64,000 bases of DNA from Paraspadella gotoi (Eukaryota; Animalia; Chaetognatha), in NCBI GenBank assembly GCA_051294375.1, contig CM119269.1, forward strand, positions 3,646,690-3,710,689, given 5' to 3'. Positions 57,560 to 64,000 of this stretch are shown piece after piece (position 1 is the stretch's first letter; every line of letters starts with the position of its first letter). A model generated the notes under the pieces. The model saw only the letters and a list, made by a program, of their open reading frames with translations, searched no databases and was not told the origin of the DNA. The position numbers were made by a program, and so were the translations under genes.

Positions 57560-58725
57560 GCTCTCTCTGACACCAGGGGAAAAAATATTTAGTGAGAAAG
57601 GATAGGAATCGAAGATGCTCATCGACGTCGGAATGTCGATCCATTCGTCAAAAAAATGCGTCGATGGATCGAACGCTGGATTTTGATACAAACTTCAGAT
57701 TTATTTCAATATTTATATTTTATCATCTTTTTTAGTTATTAGTTATTTTATAGATGTTCAACACGCTGCTCCTTTCGCTACCAACTCCGGAACGTGAATC
57801 GCCTTTTTTTTTAGTTCGCGCCGTTTCTCTTTCGATGTCTTTTTGTTATTGTTTTTTTGGTTTTTTTGCCTTTTTTATCCTTTTCTCGTTTTTGTTTGTT
57901 TACGAATCGCGAAGCGAAACTTAATCCGCGCGGGGAATCGGCCTCGGGGTTTGGTGGGGGGATGTAAAAGGAGCAGGTATAAAGGCGACCAGAGGTTTGG
58001 GGGAGCCAGAGCTAGAGGAGCGATGAATGTTTTAAGAGGAGGAAAAGTAGTCGAGTGGTTCGCAGGAGTTCGGATTGAGGGAGTGACGGAAATGACGTTG
58101 ACGTAGAAACGGGCTCACTGCCCCCCCCCCCGCCCCCGTCTACTTCTTTCATAACGGTTTCGAGCTTTGGACCCAACGACTCGCCCTTTCATGCCCCCGG
58201 AGTGGGACGAGAGTCTTGTTTACATTACGTCATCGACTTCGCTCATTACTTGGCCTCGGTGGTCAAAAAATTTGGTCGACGGCACGAGCCGCCGTCGGTG
58301 GCGTAGACGGGCGGTGGTTGCGGAGAGGGGCGAAAGAAGTGGGGTTGCAGGGGGTAGAGGGGTGGCGGTGGAGAGTAGAGGCGGAGGCGCAGGAGGTGGC
58401 GGCATTTAGTGGCGACGTCTCGATTTGTTTTCTTTTATTTCCTTCGCTAATGTGATTCGGCGCCAAATTTCCGGTGTCGACTTTCTTTACACTTTTCACA
58501 CTTAAACTACTTTTCGTCCTTCGTAGCTTTTATCCCTCGTATTCTTTTGCCACTCTTGAGCACTCTTTACGAGTTTGCACTCTTTTCTCGCTTCTCGGTC
58601 TATTATTAATTCCTTTGAATCTTTTTACGTAAAACGTCGACATTTTGCGCTTTCACGACCTCTTCATTTTTTAGGTCTTTTTAGTTTGGCCGTAAGCTTA
58701 ACATAGTTTTTAAACATGAAATTGT

Positions 58726-58853
58726 TACAACCAATATAAAAATTATCAATTCATTTAATAAATAAGCTATCTTGCCCCTGACTTTGGACAGGCTTTGGTG
58801 GTTCAAGGCCTCCATCACTCTTATAAGATAATGACTTAGCAGGTCCCTGCAAT
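58726..58853. repeat. Dispersed ~130-bp repeat, copy 2
   Basis: Near-identical to 30220-30350. Confidence 0.85.
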
Positions 58854-59887
58854 CTTTCGGCATTAATCGTTTTCACTCTCCAAACCTCGCCCATCCTATA
58901 TATCTACCTTTATCCCTTACTCTTCCTTCCTTCTACCCTCACTCCCGCTTCTCACCCCTCGCCCAATTTCGTCTCGACTTTGGACGACGATGTCCGACGG
59001 CGATTTTGACCGGAAAAGATTTTAATGAACGAGAGTTGACGCCCGAGGGCGCAGTGTTGCCGCCGCTGCCGCAGTCGCTGCCGCAGCCGCCGCAGCCGCT
59101 GCCGCCACCGACTCCGCCGCTGCTACAGCCACCGCAGCATGACGCAGCCACCGCACCAATTCATCATCGTCATCATTATCATCCTCATCATCATCATTAT
59201 CATCATCACACTTAACCTTGTCATCAATCATCGTCTTCATATTCGATCTTTAACGGTTTGATATACGAGACTTCTAGTAATTAAAATCAATAATCTGAGT
59301 CGAATGTTTGAAAATTGCGTTTTGCATACAGGTTTGTCACTTTTTATAGCTTGTCCGATATCGTCCTTTGATTCGTTACTTCGATTGATATTTCAAAAGA
59401 ACGGTGGTGAAATTCACCAGTGTGTGAATTGGTCGTGGCTCGTGAGGTCATCGTCGTCAGTTAGTCGTCGTCGTCGTTTTTGTCTTTTGCGTCACTGCAA
59501 AAGGACAGCTCCCATCTGCAATATTCTACTAAAAGAATGAAAACAACACCGTTCGCATTCAATAATTATTATAATCGATATAAAAAGCAAAACAAACATT
59601 ACAAGACAAAATAAATTCATCCTCATGGCACAAAAAAGGATTTTAGTATCAATTAAAATCGAGCATACTTTAAAAACCTTAAAATATTTACGAATATTAT
59701 TATTTTTATTGCAATCACAGAAAATTTCACATTTCGGGTTTTTAAAACATTATGATTAGAATAAAAGGAATCATTTCTAGAATCTCATTAAAGTATTCGA
59801 CGTACAATTTTTCTATTGCAAATTCTTCATTCGACAACCGAAACTCTCCTCCAATCAGATATCGCCGGAAAAAATCTTCTCGGCCAA

Positions 59888-62182
<2,295 letters not shown>

Positions 62183-62581
62183 CTGCGGAGAAGAGGAAGA
62201 GGAAAAAGTTGGGGAGAGTTAATCTAAGTTGATTGAGATAGTTATGTGTCTTGTACTAAAATAAAAATTATTAAAATTACTTGTTTATGTTTATCTATTT
62301 TTGGGAAGGGGACGTTAGTGTTGTCTTCTGGTTATCTGTCAACGGTAATCCCTCCTCTCACTAGTGATGTTTCCCCAATCCTCTCAGAAGTAAAAACTGC
62401 GATTTTTATCTTTGACTTATCATGANNNNNNNNNNNNNNNNNNNNNNNNNNNNNNNNNNNNNNNNNNNNNNNNNNNNNNNNNNNNNNNNNNNNNNNNNNN
62501 NNNNNNNNNNNNNNNNNNNNNNNNNNNNNNNNNNNCAGAAAAAGTGTGAGACGAGAGAGAGAGAGACAGAGAGAGAAGAGA

Positions 62582-62619
<38 letters not shown>

Positions 62620-63194
62620 AGGAGGAGAGAGAGGGGCTATCGTGTCCTTCTTTTCCCTTTTCTTTCCCACATTTACGAATTCCACATTTCGTTTTATTGT
62701 TTCATCAAATTTCCCTCTTATAGAAAAGGTAGGTGATTTTTTATGACTTTGGTTCTCTCATCTTATGAAACGACGTCCCCAAGAATCACAAGAAAAAACA
62801 AAATCGTATAATAAATATCATTATGGGTTTGATATAACGCGGCGTAACATTCGCTCAAGAAATAAGAACAAAAGATACTAATTCTTTTTGATAATATCTG
62901 GTACTACATTTTTCTTCTGGTTTTAGTCTCAGTTTTCCCATGAGAGATAGACATCGGAGAGAGCGAAGATTGAGATACTTCGATGGATAAGTTTAAGAGA
63001 TAGAGGAGTGTACGAGAGATTGAGAGAGTAAGAGTAGATGAGCAGTTCTTGAACCGCCCCACAAACCGACGTCTACAAGGATGTTCTCGTTATCGATTCG
63101 AGAAGCCACTTAAACCCTACATCACGCCCTCCTTCCTCCTCGTAATTTCTGTTCGACGAAGAATTTCGAAATTTTGCTTTATATCCTTCCTAAA

Positions 63195-63232
<38 letters not shown>

Positions 63233-64000
63233 TTACGGGTCAGGTGTCGTTTTACGGGAGATTCGAACAGGCTGTTGCCAGGAAGAGAGCGGAGGAAGGA
63301 GTTGGGGGGGGCGAAGGAGTGGCGGGGAGTGACGAGAAAGGAAGAGTGAAAATTGAAGAAAAACGGAAGGCTTTAAACTTCTGTTCGACTCTGAAACGAG
63401 GATTAAATCGACCCAAAGGTGAACCGAAAACAACAACAACCAAAGAAAATCACAACAACTGAAACGGGACAAGAAAAATAAAATAAAAAAAAGAAGAAAA
63501 ACCAGAAAAAACTTTATTTTGTAATAAAACCAACGTCGCTCTTTTCCTTTTCGCGTTAAAGTCTCGAGAATCCTTTTTTTCTTACGTTTTTTTTTAAATT
63601 TTTCAAAATTTTTGTCATCTTCGTCGCACGGGTGACAAATTTTTTTAATGTTTTTCTTTTAAACCAGTTATGCATTATTTTATTCAGCCTTTTTCGTTTA
63701 CTATTCAACAGTTTTCCTCCTTTTCATCATTACCGTAGCTCAAGGCGTTAAATAATACTATTATTTTGTAAAAGGGATATAAGAATTATAGCCTGTCCAA
63801 ATTCAGGGGCATGATAGCTTATTTATAAAATATTGATTGTACCAGTTTCATTCATCAAATTGACTTCCTATTAAACCTCATCTTCAAACTTACCCACTCT
63901 TGCCCCATTATTCGCTTTTTATGAAGAGAACGAGGAGGATGTAGAGTAGACGAGATGAGAGAGATAACACGAGAATTGAAGTTCTTAGACGTCCCCTTCA

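Noticed and set aside
58939-59240. Pro/His-rich or Gly/Cys-rich small proteins
   Set aside because: Trinucleotide-repeat derived, with no start or splice support; insufficient evidence.
63233-63472. First coding exon of Osr (LPATPSPPPTPS)
   Set aside because: Plausible, but no phase-1 donor or start codon could be fixed, and a gap (62426-62535) intervenes.

Overview
Intron-rich genomic DNA from an invertebrate animal: GC/CpG-rich exons, AT-rich introns full of (AG/CT)n, several N-gaps and some noisy stretches. Manual splicing gives five protein-coding genes. (1) A ~1240-aa ROCO GTPase with an unusual SH2-Roc-COR-TIR-Death domain architecture (+, 29-5314). (2) An FMRFamide-receptor-like rhodopsin GPCR (+, 9676-14198). 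(3) A Na+/Ca2+ exchanger (SLC8/NCX; -, 22486-42832) with degenerate Ca-binding loops. (4) Nested antisense inside one NCX intron, a chimeric transcription factor with two C2H2 fingers plus a thyroid-hormone-receptor-like C4 DNA-binding domain and no visible ligand-binding domain (+, 36729-~41146). (5) A five-finger odd-skipped-related gene (-, 59888-62182, 5' partial). Mobile DNA includes a complete 654-bp miniature LTR retrotransposon (TRIM) with a tRNA-Trp-type PBS, PPT and TSD, whose LTRs each embed a tRNA-like Pol III module (an apparent animal analogue of plant Cassandra elements), plus a rearranged solo LTR of the same family. There are also Helentron-type non-autonomous elements, a foldback MITE, a 2.2-kb TIR element whose empty site is visible in an adjacent ~5.4-kb tandem duplication, and minisatellites. 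All exon boundaries were read by eye and need RNA-seq confirmation.
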